From Vicugna vicugna (lineage: Eukaryota), in the NCBI GenBank assembly GCA_013265495.1, contig MU058009.1:560001-624000 (forward strand): 64,000 nt of DNA, read 5' to 3'. The translations under genes were made by a program, and so were the position numbers. The notes under the pieces are model-generated. The model saw only the letters and a list, made by a program, of their open reading frames with translations. It had not been told where the DNA came from and ran no database searches. Shown piece by piece: positions 48,741-61,940 of the stretch; positions within the stretch are counted from its first letter, which is position 1; each line of letters starts with the position of its first letter.

Positions 48741-51039
48741 GGTTAGGGATCTTGGACATTGTCATCAGTAACATGGGGATGATGAATTTGGGGCGCTGGC
48801 AGAATGCAGTTGCATTTAGATGGAGGCAGGAGGATAGTTTGGAGGTCATTACAATGATCTGGGTATGAGGTAATTGGGTCATGGCTTGGGATGATGTTAA
48901 TGAGAATAAAAGGGAAAGGGTAAATGTGACAGTCATTGCAGGATTTTAAAATGTAGTGAATAAAAGGGACAAAAGAGAGAGATGAATAAAAGATGACGTC
49001 CAGTTGTTGGACTTGGCCTGCTAGAAGAGTGGCATCCTTGAATGAACAGATGAACTGGTTTTGGGGGGAAAATCCACTTCAGATTTATTGATTAATGTTG
49101 GGGGTATGGCAGACCATCCAGATGGAACTCTCCAGGTGGCCACAAGTGTCCATTTACTGAAGAGAACTGACTGCCTTTCATCTTTGAGGATTCACTACTT
49201 ACATTTTTCACTCTGTCTCACACCTCCTATAATATTGTTTATTTAATATTTTACTATAATCTGACTCGAACTTATTTTTTTGACTTCATCTAAGCAATAA
49301 TATCTGTGAAATCTCAGGCTTTATATGCTAGTTGTCTTTTGTCTAATACACAATTAAAATAAAATGATAACAGTTAAAACAGAAATATTCATCCATATAC
49401 CTCCTAACATCATTCCCAGCATCATAATAGTTACCAATACACTTTGTAAACTGTGGATAAAAATGAAAATTAAAGCCATAAGAAGCATTGATTTTCTCAT
49501 GGAGACAGAATAGCAAGAAGATCAGGGAGCTGAAATGAGGGAGAGAAAGTAGCCAGTGAAATGCAAAGAAACATCAAAACAGGAGAGTCAGGACCCCATA
49601 ACGTCATGGCATAAAGGTTGAGGGCAGGGTGAGACAGGGTGCTGTGGGAACATTTCAAAGAAAAACAGCAGTAAAAGTGCAAAAATCTAGAATAATGAAT
49701 TTTTGAAAAAAAACATGATATCTAGAATTAGATAACCAAAGGAGGGTCAGATTCTGGATATATTTGGAAAATATAAGAAACTATGAAAAAGTAAAGTAGG
49801 CCTGAATGATTTGCTGATGGATTCAATGTGGGGTATAAGAGAAAGAGACAAGAATTCTCCCAAGGATTTTGTCCTGAGTCCCGGGAATACTGCAGCTGCT
49901 ATTCATTGAGAAATGGAAGATTGTAGGTGGTCCAAGTTCAGGGAGAGGAGAGATCAGAAACTCCATTTGGGACATGCCTAGTTTGCGATGTATGTTAGTT
50001 CCCCAAGAGAAGACTGAGAGAAGTGATGGAATAATTGGGTCTGGAGTTCAGGACTCAGAATCAACCAAGAGTTAAAATTTGAGAACTGTGAAAATATAGG
50101 GTCTACCTAAATTCTTAAAACTAATACGTTCATTGTATCAGTTAGAATGGGCTTGGTTATGCTAAGTAACAAACACTTCTTACTCTCCTGAATCTTAGTG
50201 GTTTATACCTTCACCACTTTTCTTCCTTGTTATGCAATTTATCCCTTGTGGGTCAACTGTGAGCTCTGCTCTGCCTTCCCTTCCTCCAGGATCCAGGCTG
50301 ACAAGGTGGGCAGAAGGGAAGCTAGCTCTGGAGACACTGTGTCAACAATGAAACATTCTGGCTCAGAAGTGACACACATCACATCTGCTCACAACCACTG
50401 GCCAGAACTAGCCACACAGCCTCACTCAAGTACAAGAGGTGTCGGGTAGCCTAGCAAGCACAGTCCTACCTTGTGCCTGGGAGACAGAGAGGCAGAAACA
50501 TCTGGAGCACTGGGTTGTCATGGTCTCCACAATCACTAAGGGAGAAGTGGAGACAGAAAGGATGAGCCTTGGACATTGGGACATTCAGAGGTGGAGGGGA
50601 GAGAAGGAACCAGCCAGGAGGCCAAGAAGGAAAATGAGGAGAGTGTAGGTCCCTGGAAGTCAAGTGAACCTTTCATCACTTGGACTTAAAACTTCAGAGA
50701 ACAAAAATGATGGGTAGGTGTGAGTGAAGTTGACAAGCACCACAACACAAGACTGCAGGAGTCTGGGAGTTCTGCTAGGAATGAGGTGCATTTGGTATCT
50801 GACATCAAACCAGAACACTTGGGAGGCATTAGCAGAGAGAATAAAAGCTCCAGCTTTCAGGACAAGAGGACCTGGGTGGGAGCCCCAGCTGTCCCTTAGC
50901 GTTATCTTGGCAAGTCTCTTAGCCTCAATTTCCCCATCTGAACGTGGGGCTGATGTGAAGACTCAGTAACATACTGCCTAGTCCCGGCCACGTGTGCAGC
51001 ATCCAAGTGGGGCAGCCAGAGTTATCATGACGGTGGAAG

Positions 51040-51630
51040 TGCGAATTGCTACAAGCTACGCGGAAAAACCACGTGGCAGTGTTCACGACACGTGCGTAAC
51101 CTATGGTCCAGCCATTACAGCCCTATGTATGTACCTAGTCGGCCTGTGAATGTATTTGACCAAGGGGCAAGTACTGGAATGTTAATGGCAACACTACTTA
51201 TAGTAGCCCCAAACAGGAAACAAAGAACAGGATCCAACAGCAGGGTGGACCCGTGGAGTCACACACACGCTACCCGGTCACAAGGCAGAATGAGGTAAAA
51301 CACAGCACTCTGGGTGAATCGCATGTCGTGTTGAGTTAAGAAGACAGACACTTAGAGGGTACATTTCAAATGACTCTATTTATATAATGAACAAAAACAG
51401 GCAACAGTCAGCTCTGTGGAGAGAAGCTAGGGCGGTGGTTACTCCTGAGAGGAGAGGGATGAGTTACTGGAAGGGGTAAGTGGCAGATTTCGGGGGTGCT
51501 GGACACGTTCTGTGATTGGTGCTAGTAAATGGATGCCTTCAGTACGGCGAAACACTGATCAAGCCATGTATTTATAATATATGCACTTTTGTTAAAAAGA
51601 TAAAACCATTTTTAATGAGAAAAAAAAAAG
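51040..51630 (+). mobile_element. Old L1 (L1ME-type) 3' end
   Basis: atagtagccccaaacaggaaacaa...tgactctatttatataatgaacaaaaacaggcaa...atgcactttt...A-tail. Confidence 0.65.
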
Positions 51631-52969
51631 AATCAGATGCATTGTAGCAGCCAAGTAAAGCTGTTACTTTACTTAGTTGGTGGAGACATCTGATCTCACT
51701 TGTTTTTTTTAATCACCAGTTGCTGCCTCCTCTGCTAGAAGGGCTGATTCCAGCCACAGAAGTAAACATTTGTATAAATAGGATGGGTATCATTTCAGTT
51801 TGATTGGCGGTTTAATTAGACACGTGTCCTTTCACTGCCATTCTACTTAGATTGATGGAGACTCCAGAAATTCCAGGTTGTTACATTTGTCTCTTGATTG
51901 TTGTTGCCTTTCTTTTTAAGGGTTTATTATACTTATGAACATGATGGTGTCCTTGGAAGGAGGAGGCCACAATTACTGCAGCAGAAAGGCTAATCTTGTT
52001 ATGTTAACGAGGAGCCTGCTAAACAAGGAGGGTAAACGGCGGCACGATAGCCCCAGAGCCCCCTGCCTTTTCTGCTGAGTGTCAGTCAATAGCAGAACAG
52101 GGCTTCTGGAACATGGAAACCAGCCTTGAATTTAAGAGCACCAGCAAAAAGCAAGTGAAAGTCCTTGCCAATTTTACAAGGCAATCTCCGCCTCCCTCTG
52201 GCTTGTTTTTTTTTGTTGTTGTTGTTTTTTCCCTTCTTTTACTGCAGCTAGTTTAAAGTAATGCTGTAACTGTAATGGTTACTGGGAATAAACACAACCC
52301 AGATCCAGCAGGTCTTATCCAAGGAGGGAGAATGTAGACTCAGGGGAAAAAAAACAAGGGGCCATCCAGTTCACGCCCCCCACCCCGCCCCTGCTCTGGG
52401 CCGGATTATTCGGAAATCATCACTCAGGAACTGTCATCTGGGTCGGGGAGGCGGGCTGGCGGTGAGCCTTCGCTCTTTCCTCAGCCGGTTCTGACCCTTT
52501 GGGATTCAGCCTAGATTGTCTCAACTAGTTAATTTTAGTTTTGCATAATTAGGATCAAAGTCGGTCTTTTAATTTTTTTTTCAAGAATTCCTTTTTCTCT
52601 TAGACGTTTTTACTTAATTTAGGGTAGGTAATTAGAATCCCATTTTCTCCCAGAGTGAACTAGAGGATGTTTGGGTATAAGTCAGTGTGAGCCTCTGAGA
52701 TTTCTATGGAGACTTCAGCTCAAACCTACACATTTTATAAATATATATTTTTTTCAGATATTAGTCACAATATATGAATTCTAATGCCAGAGCTAAGCAT
52801 GGGAAGCCTTACATATTAAATCAAATAACCTTTCAGGGGAGACGACAACATGCGGGTAACGTTTCATTGCTGACTTTTAGCTGTTACCCACCACATCTTA
52901 ACCACATCTCCAGCCTGATGATCAGGTGCTTCTAAACCACCCTCAATGCTGACTTGGAGACAAACACAA

Positions 52970-53660
52970 TCAGTTCAATTCACTGAACGTTCACTGAGTG
53001 CTTACTCTATGTCAGGCACTATACTTGGTATTAGAGATAGAAAATAAATAAGAAACGGGTCCATCTTAAAGGGACTCAAATTTAGACAGAAAGGCAAGCA
53101 TATAATAACAGGATGTTAGGGGACAAAAGTAAATGGAAGTTACACACACAGCACAGAGGAGAAAGGAATTGGCTTTATCGGTGGGGAGGGTTCTTAGAAA
53201 GGCTTCCTGAAGATGGGAATATCTGAACTTGGTTTTGAAGGATGAAGAGGAGTTTTCCCAGTAGGCTTCAAGACAGAAGGAATGCTGTGAGCATGGGCAC
53301 AAATACTTGAAGCAGCCTGGCCCATGCTGGGGACCGGATGTGGAGGCTTCACAGGTAGACAGAGGCAAAAGGTACCTTGACACAAATCTTGGACCTTCTT
53401 CTCTAAGTCATGGGACAAGTGTGGAACTTTCTAAGCAGGTAGCATGATTGGACTACTTGGGCAGCAGTTTGCACGATGGACTGAAGGTGTGCCTGCAGGT
53501 GGAAATGCTAGTAAAAGTGGGAAGAACAATTAAGAGGCTGTTGCATTAGTTTAGGCTAGTGCTGAAGAGAATTTGGACAAACATGTTAGGATGTTTGGAA
53601 TCCAGAGGACAATTTAAGAGATATTTAGAAACAGGACACCAATAGGACTTGGTGAAGAGA
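52970..53660 (-). mobile_element. L2 LINE 3' fragment
   Basis: ttcactgaacgttcactgagtgcttactctatgtcaggcact...gaaaggcttcctgaagatg...ttgaaggatgaagagg. Confidence 0.75.
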
Positions 53661-55164
53661 CAGGCTTAGTTTAACAATCTCTTCTCCAGCTCACTTATAA
53701 CCTTTGCTACCACTGTAGTGACCACAGTGCACCCTGGGGCCCAGGACACCCTGGCCCTGGAGGAGCTGAGCACATCCCTCTGCTGGGACTCCAGGCTGAC
53801 TGGCTGTGTTTCTGCGCCTTAGGACCTCCCATGCCTCGCCAGCTCCTCTTCACCCATGAGTCCCAATCACACAGCAATACTGTCTGGAAAGTGAAAACCC
53901 CCAGTGCATTTCTCCGAACCTGGAAGGTTTTCTCAGGGACTTGTTAGAAGGTGAATAGAACAATCTGGAATATTTTTCTCCACCTGCTCTTTGAGCCTTA
54001 GCTGGCAGCTGCTAACTAGGTATAGCACCATTTAAATGCTTTTCTAAAGAACATCTTAAGCTCACGATCTGACTGATTTGATAGAATTCCATTTATACAC
54101 CTAAAGGCAGATTAGAATAGAATCTCTATAAAACACATTTTCACAAAACAGGAAACTGAGCAATTCGTGAACAGACATTAATGGGTCTTTTTTTTAATCA
54201 CACATTTTAGGTGTAGGAGGCAGGACACTTTGGGTTGCAAATAACAGAAAAGCTAACTCAAATTGTATTAGGCCCCAAAGGAAATGCATGAGCAGATGCA
54301 GCAGGGGACAAAGGCATGACTTCCTCTAGGTACACAGTGTCATCAGATGCCCGTCTCTGCTTCCTGGCTCCCTTCTCCAGGTTGGCTGCATCTTTAGCCT
54401 CTATCCATCAGTTTAAAGATGGCAGCCAGCAGTTCCATGTCCACATACACACCGGGTTGAAGTCCAAGTGTAAAGTCAGAGCCGGGCAGACTTGGTGTTC
54501 TGAAGAACGTAGATCCTCAGATAACATGGGCAGAGAGTGATGGAGAAGTTGTTTCTCAGAGGAAGTTCAGAGTTCTGGTACCAGCAGAGAGAATGGATTA
54601 CCTGCAGGTGGGGACAAGAAACATCTACTCTACTGGGAAGTCCAAAAATTCTGAGTGGAGCGCGAGACATTTTGTGTTTATCGAGTGGACTGCTTCATTT
54701 GCAATCTTCTCGGCCACTCACTGGATGACTGACCCATGCTCCGTGCTCTCACGGAATGTTTGTTAAATGAATGAGTGTCATAAGCTCTTCCCATCAGAAC
54801 TGCTGTCTGGCTTCCTGACCCTGAGAGGTAGTGGCTCTGTGTCACTCATGTCGCCCCTCCTGTGTTTCTCAGCCCCGCGGCCTCACTTCTGCTCCCGCAG
54901 GTCCACCCGCCGGGAACCATCACCCTGCACTCTAGTTGTCTGTTCACTCATCTGCATCTCCTCCCCTAGACTATAAACCCTGTCAGGGCAGGGGCTATGT
55001 CTTTCCTCTTTGAATTTTAAGGACCCAGCATAGTGTTGGCACAAAGTCTGTTCTCAGTGATTATTTGTTGCACATATGCATGCATGAATGCATGAACGAT
55101 CAATTGAGAGTCCTCCAGAAAACCAGTTTCCCTCACCTCAATCCTGTACTCAGTCAGTACACCC

Positions 55165-55730
55165 TGCAGTGGTGATTCCCAGACTTGTTTGCACATTTGA
55201 ACCACCCTGGCGTAGGGGTGGGATCTTAAAAAAATTCTAAAGCTCAGGACATACTCCAGACCAATTAAATCACAGTCTTTGGGGGGTCATCCTGGGCATC
55301 CGCAATTTCCAAAGCTTCCCAGGTGACCCCAGTGTGCAGACAAGTATGGAGAGCACTATTCACATGGATTTGCTCGGAAACTTGGTGAACTCTTGGGGAT
55401 ACTGATGACTGCCGTTTCCGGTGGGTACCGTGAGTTACAGTCACGCGGTCACTGTGCCCTCTAGGACCAGGCGAGAAGCCCGCTAAGCTTTCCTAACCAG
55501 GCTAGGGTGTGTGTGTCTCTGCAGAAACCGCAGAAAGCACAGGTCTTAGCTGCCATTAGACCCCTGCTATTCAGAGTGCAGTCAAGGGACTAGCAGACCG
55601 GGCCTCCACTAGGAGCTTTTAAAAAAGGTAGACTCTCAGGCCCCACCCGAGACCTTCTGGATCAGAATCAACACTTTAACGAGACCCCAGGTGGCAGGCA
55701 TGCACATTTCCGTTTGAGAAACAAGCTTTA
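55165..55730. mobile_element. Two MER5-like DNA transposon remnants (~55165-55360 and ~55560-55730)
   Basis: cagtggtgattcccagacttg...ccagaccaattaaatca...aagcttcccaggtga; actctcaggccccaccc...atcagaatcaacactttaacgagaccccaggtg...gtttgagaaa. Confidence 0.7.
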
Positions 55731-56568
55731 CACTACCGTGATGGGAAAAAAGAAAAAAGTAAGTGTTAACGTGTTCTCCATTGCTCAGAAAATGTCTTAA
55801 TTTTTTGTTTTTGTGGGACTCTACCTGTGTCTCTACTGAAGAATGCCCAAGGTGCCTACATCCTTTGCATGTGAAAAACAGGCTTACCTTTATGGCTCTC
55901 AAAACAGTGGGAAGTCCCATGTTAATGTTTTGAGGTCTGAGTCTTTGATTTGACTAGAGGAATTCCAGAATCCTTGTTTCTAGCTGTGTTGCGCCAGCAG
56001 CCACAGTGAAGTGGGGAGGTAATCTGAATGCACATACACGGGAGGGTTCATTCCTCATCATCTTTCTCCTTTGTTTGCTCTAGAAGAGTTCTTTGGTGTA
56101 GCCGAGAAAAAGGACACGATCTGACTGAAAATGTAAAAAGTGTAAACTTTTTCTTGGGCAAAGGGATTGTGAAACAATCAGGGCCAGGGTGTAGAAGTGT
56201 ACTTTGCCTGATTTCTGAAAAAGAGGGTGTAAGGAGACCAGAGGTCAGAGATCAAAATTTACAGCTAAATGCAGGCAGAGTGGGAGGGGCTGGCGGGGGT
56301 GCAGGAATGACAGATTGGAGAGAGAGGGATGAATGTGTGGTGGTAAATGAGGGTTCCGTGGATCTTGGGAATGGAATCCAGGGAAATGAGTCTGCGCCTG
56401 GGTTGGTATTGCCCAGAAAACCTGAGACACTGCACGCGGAGAGCCCTGGCATTCTTGGCGAATCTGCCTACAGGAGCTAATGGATCTGATGTGAAATGAG
56501 TCGTAGTAAGAAATTAGATTTCTGCATTTAGACTCTAATCTAGCTTTAGTTACAAAGCTCAATATGTA

Positions 56569-56937
56569 TGTATTTATCTGTCAGTGCTGTCGTAACAAAG
56601 AAGCCCACACTGGGCGGCTTAAACAACGGAAATTAATTTCCTCACACTTGTAGGGGGTACAAGTCCAAGGTCAAGGTGTCAGCAGGGTTGACGTCTTCTA
56701 AGGCCTCTCTCCTTGGCTTGTACGTGGCCGTGTTCTGGCAACGATCTTACCAGGTCTGCGACCCAATCTCTTCTTGTAAGGACACCAGTCGAATTTTGTT
56801 ACCACTCTAATGACCGAATGTAACTTTCAGTACCTTTTTAAAGACACTGTCTCTAAATATGGTCCCATCATGAGGTACTGGGGGGGCTAGAGCTTCAACA
56901 TATGTATTTTTGGGTGAACACAGTTCAGCCCATAACA
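56569..56937 (-). mobile_element. MLT1A-like MaLR solo LTR
   Basis: tgtatt...gctgtcgtaacaaag...ggcttaaacaac...aagtccaaggtcaaggtgtcagcaggg...acagttcagcccataaca, with 5-bp flanks atgta/gtgta. Confidence 0.88.
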
Positions 56938-57167
56938 GTGTACAAATGACCAAATTAGAATCAAAGGAAAGAAGGAAAGTCATCTAAAGGATTACTTAGC
57001 CCAGCTTTTCATTTTATTTAAAAGGAATTAGTAACCATTAGAAATGAAGCAATTAATTTTATCACAAAGGTTATTAGTAGAAGCGCTGGGACCAGAACCC
57101 AGGTCCTCCCCCAGCTTTCTCTTCCCTTTGAATAGTACCCGAGGCAATAGAGGTAAGACTCTCAGGG

Positions 57168-57474
57168 CACCGCTCCTCAAACTTGAGTGGGGGCACGCAG
57201 ATCCCAGGGGATCTTGTTAAATGCAGATTCTGACGCGCTAGGTCTGGGGCTTCGGAGCCCGCAGGTCCAGCCAGCTCCCAGGTGTTGCTGATGCTGTGGG
57301 AACCTTCCTCGAGCTCTGGCTCCAGACCAGCACCACCCGGGAGCTTGCTGGAAATGCAGCAGCTCAGGTCCACCCAGATGTACCACATCAGAAGCTGGGG
57401 TGGTGGCGTCCAGCTCCCTGGGTTTTAATAAGTCCTGGGTGATTCTGACGCACATTCAAGTGTGAGAAACGCTG
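57168..57474. mobile_element. Inverted pair of MER5A-like elements
   Basis: The ends caccgctcctcaaacttgagtg and cattcaagtgtgagaaacgctg are imperfect reverse complements. Both halves carry MER5A motifs (aaatgcagattct, gggagcttgctggaaatgcag). Confidence 0.7.
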
Positions 57475-58366
57475 CTCCAGAAACACTTTCCTTAACCTTG
57501 TTCTGCTTCAGAATTTCCTGAGGGCTGGTTAGATGGGCGGGTGGACTGTATCAGAATCTAAAATGACAGTGTATGCGCTCAGAGGCGGTGGCAAGGAAGA
57601 TGAAGTATCTGTATTTTTCTAAAAATCGCTTCAGGTAATACCGCTCGGCAGCTGGGTGTGGGGATCACTATTCTTTCAATCGTGCAGGTTGAAATCAATC
57701 GTTATAAAATATTCCATTTTTAGCCAGCTGTCCAGTGAGTACTTCGATAAACTGAGAGACCTTCTTTTTTTCTCCCTCCTCATTCCGTAAGCCCCCAGCC
57801 CTCTTCTTCCAACTGAGTCTTTCTGGACCTCAGATAACACTTGCCATTAGCAGGATGTCACTGAGCTGAATTTCATTACTTTCTGACAGATTCGTTCTGC
57901 TGGGCTGCGATGTTCTGTGGCTCACCTTTATGTTAAATTAGCTCTCATCCACCTGAGTTAGGAATAGCTGGCCCTTGGCATTGTCTTTGTCCTTTACCAT
58001 CCCACGTGCCCCCTGCCTGCTTCCACACGCACCTCAGCCCCACGGGTTTGCACGCTGGGATCATTGCTCACACTGTGTATAGCTGGGGCGCACGGTAAGG
58101 AAGGCAGAGGCAACGTTAGAATGGTAGAGATGAAAAAGTTTGTAACACGCAGTGTTGGTGATGTTGCAGGGAAACAGGTTCTCTATGCACTGTCAGGAAA
58201 AGTCTAAACTGATGGGGCCTATTTGGAGGGCAATTTGGTACTGTCTGGCAAATTTTTAAAAAATTACATATTCTTTGGTTCAGCAATGTTATTTCTAGGA
58301 GTCCATCTTGCAGACATCCCCAGACAATGCACCAAACCATATGGATAAGAATGTTCATGGCTGCAT

Positions 58367-58508
58367 TTTTTAAAATTTATTTTTAATTTTTTGGGGGGAG
58401 GTAATTAGGTTTATTTATACTTCTTAAAAATGGAGGTACTGGGGCTTGAACCCAGGACTTGTGCATTCTAAGCAGGTGCCGCTCTATCACTGAGCTATAC
58501 CCTCCCCC
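58367..58508 (-). mobile_element. vic-1-type SINE with TSD, inserted in an old L1 fragment (~58110-58560)
   Basis: ggggggaggtaattaggtttattt...ggaggtactggggcttgaacccaggac...ctgagctataccctccccc, with TSD atggctgcat at 58357-58366 and 58510-58519. Confidence 0.9.
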
Positions 58509-59589
58509 TATGGCTGCATATTGTAATGCAAAAACCTGGAGGTTACTGCAGTGGTTACCATTAAAAGGCTGGTTAAGTCAGTTGTGCAGTGGCGTCCGTT
58601 CGCTAGGAGAGGTAGCTAGGTGAGCACTGGAGGAAACTGGAAGACAGGACCTAGCGGGGACGACTGCCCCGAGTGCCAGCGCCCTTCAGCAAGGCTGTCT
58701 CGGGGAAGCTGTCTTATATGGCAGCCCAGGGCTCTGGGGGGGGGAGAGAGAGAGAGAGAAAGAAAGGAGAGTGTGTGTGTGTGTGTCTATGTGTGTTGAG
58801 TGGCAAGGATGCTGCGTGGCCTTTTATGCCTCAGCCTGGGAAGACTTGTCACTGCCACTTGTCACTTCTCTAGGGGTGGAAGGGGTTGTAAGCTGGCTCA
58901 GACTCAAGGAGAGAGAGAGACAAAATGCCCCCATCCAGGGGAGATGCATCAAGAATTCACGGACCACCACACTGTTGTTACCTCTAAGGAGGAGATGGTG
59001 GAGCATTTTGCTTTTCATTTTATACCCTTCTATATTATTTATTTTTAAAAATTGCTTGCTTTTCTTTTGAGATAAAAAGAAACAGAGAATAAACAGAAAG
59101 TAGTAATTGGAGGGGAAGGGAGGCCAGTGGTAGAAATTTGCAAGTAGAGGAAGGGATGGGAAAAAAAGGAAGAAAGGGCAGGCCGACCTAGGAAATGAGG
59201 CACGTGGAGGGGACAGACACGGGGCTGGTGGACGTGCGGGGTAGGCAACTGGCTTGTGCTTGTGCTGTGCGCATGGGGTGGGGCAGCCTTCTGCCGCCCG
59301 CCCCACCTTCCCTGCCCTTGGAAATACTACTCATCCATTAAGGAACAATTCAAATATTGTCTCTTGTGTAACCATTGGACTCCTCCCAGCTAGAGCATCT
59401 TCCTCCATGGCTTGTGTGAGTAGACCCGTGTAGGGCACCTTCCAGCCCTGCCCTCTTGTTTGAGAACATGTCTACACCTTTCCAAAAAGTGTCCTTAAAG
59501 GTGAACACATTTTATTCCCTTTCCACATTCGCATGTTAATACTGTGTCTTGCAGCAGGTGATGGGTATTCCACAAACACTTCTTAAATT

Positions 59590-59830
59590 AAAATGTCTTA
59601 TTTAACAACACTTAGTATACACTGTGTGCTAGGAAATGCCCTCAAATATTAGCTCATTTACTGTCTCATAACAACCCTCTGAGACAGATGTCATCATTAC
59701 CTCCTTTTTACAGAAGACAAAATTGATGCAGAGGGACAAGGTCACAGACCTGATGCACAGAAGAGCTAGGAGTCAACTCAAACCACTCGGCTCCAGATTC
59801 TGCCTTCTTACCCCTGCACTTCCTTAGTCC
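59590..59830 (-). mobile_element. MIR SINE
   Basis: agctcatttactgtctcataacaaccctctgag...tttttacagaagacaaaattgatgcagag...caaggtcacag. Confidence 0.75.
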
Positions 59831-61689
59831 ACCCCTAAGAGACCACATTTCTAGGTTTCCCCATTCCAGAGTCAAGAAGAGTTTCTCTGTGTATTTTGTA
59901 AGATGTACCGGCCGCCAGACAGAATTGGAATTCCATGTACAAACTGCTCTCTGGATGGCCGTGCAGTGAAAGAAACAGAACAGCCCTCAGCCTGCTTGAT
60001 TAGCGCTTCAGTCATTGAACCTCCTCTGTCTTTTCATTGACTTCAGCCCAGACTAGACAAGGCCTCCCAGGAAGCGTGCAAAGCTCCCAGAGCCGTGATC
60101 AATGGCCCAGAAGGGTCTACAGAGGGAACGTTATAGAAATGTCAGAAGAAGTCGCTTAAAAGAAGGGAACAGAGGCTTGGAAAAGTGCTGGGATGTGGGT
60201 AGGAAATAATTTCAAAGGAATAATCGTGGGTCGAGTGTGAAAATTCTGTGGCTGAAAACTCCAAAATAATGAAGTCACGTGTTTTTGCCAATCTACCCTC
60301 CCAGTGATCACAGAACTACTATTATATGAAGACAGAGCAAAAGTAATCAATTCCAATACTTGTTTTCATGGTCTGTGTTAAGACAGAGCAGGGAACCTGG
60401 GCCAGCTAGCCTTTGTCAAAGTGTTACCAGCTGGAAGGAGAGAGGGTTGTCAGTCGCACTGAACCCGACCCAACTTCTTTTGCAAGGGAGGGTCGTTTAG
60501 AGGGAGAGATTGGTACAAAGGTTCCATCAAACACGGAGGTGCTTTGTATGAAGTTTGAGTTCCACTTCGCCATGAGGTTTTACAGACAGATAATAAAAAT
60601 ATAGGAGTGTTGAATATTAGCCCTCCTGCTTGCTTATTGCTTTTCATCATCTAAACAACTCGGGCTAATTTCTAACATTCAACATTTATGGACTTCCAGG
60701 AACTCATAAATGTCACATCAGGCTGCCTCCTGGTGAATTTTTAATCAAGGGGGAGAATTTCAGCTACAAATAGACCGAGAATCAAGAGGCCCAATATTGA
60801 TTGGTCAAAGTGGCACTTACAAACCTGAGGCTGGAGGAGTCTGGATAAAAGGATGCTGGGCTTTTGATGGCCCCAGATCCATCTTTTTCCATCCAGTCCA
60901 GGCGAGTATCAAATATCCCCTAAGAGGTACTGAACAGCAGCAAATGAGATGAGGTCTACCGAATGCCCACACTAATAGCTGTAAGTATGAGAAGGAGAAG
61001 CTGAAATTCTGGCCCAGTCCAGAGACCTTCTCAGAAACCCCACAGACATCACCCACCGACCCCAAAGCAGGTCGTACCGTCCTTCCCCCACCCAGGGCAG
61101 AGCACCTCCTTGGGTGACATGGGCCAAGGCTAAGATGCTCTGAACAGGGCCTGGCCTCTAGTCTGAGGCCTTGAGTCGTCCCCGCAGAGATACAGAGCCG
61201 TCTTGTTATGGCAGGGATCACTCAGCCCAGTGAATGATGTCTCTCCCTAATGCCAAGCCATGAATCATCGGTCTGTGGTACTGTAAAATTAACATGCGCC
61301 GCTATAAATAACTCTTCTGTAATGGGCTGTCGTTGATGGCTTTTTGGAAAGGCTTGACTCAGGAGTAAGGGTTTTAATGACTGTAATTGAAATGAGATGA
61401 AAAGCATCAGGACCGGGCTTTTTTTCTGACCCACGCGAGGACAAATTCCATCATATGTCAAAACAATTATGCTGTGTCAACCCTGAGGGACGGGGTGCCC
61501 TGGCCCTTCTCCTCTGGCACCTCTGACAGAGTCCCCTGGGGTGTCTCCTGGGGAGGGACAGGGTGCACGCTCCTCAGCGCTGGTCCTTTACAAAGGACCT
61601 TAACAGAGCTGGCAGAACACCCCCGCCCCAAGTCCCAGATGAGAGCCATTACCAGCGGGAAGAGTCATTATTATTAAAAACAACGACTC

Positions 61690-61940
61690 TCCTTTGTATA
61701 GCGGAGTATGGCTTACAAAGCTCTTTCACGTCCATTATCTCTCCTTTGATCCTCGCCAGGGGCCCTGGGAGGTAGGTCAGACCTTGCCGCTGTTATCATC
61801 CTCGGATGCCTGGGGAGAGGGAGGCTCAGAGACCTGATGACTTACCCAAGGTCACACAGCCAGGAAGCGATGAAGCAGGAACCGGGGACCTCTGATCGAA
61901 AGCGTGGCTGAGCTCTGGGGCCTCCTAACCACACAGTCTA
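61690..61940 (-). mobile_element. MIR SINE
   Basis: tttgatcctcgcc...gaggctcagagacctgatgacttacccaaggtcacacagc. Confidence 0.75.
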
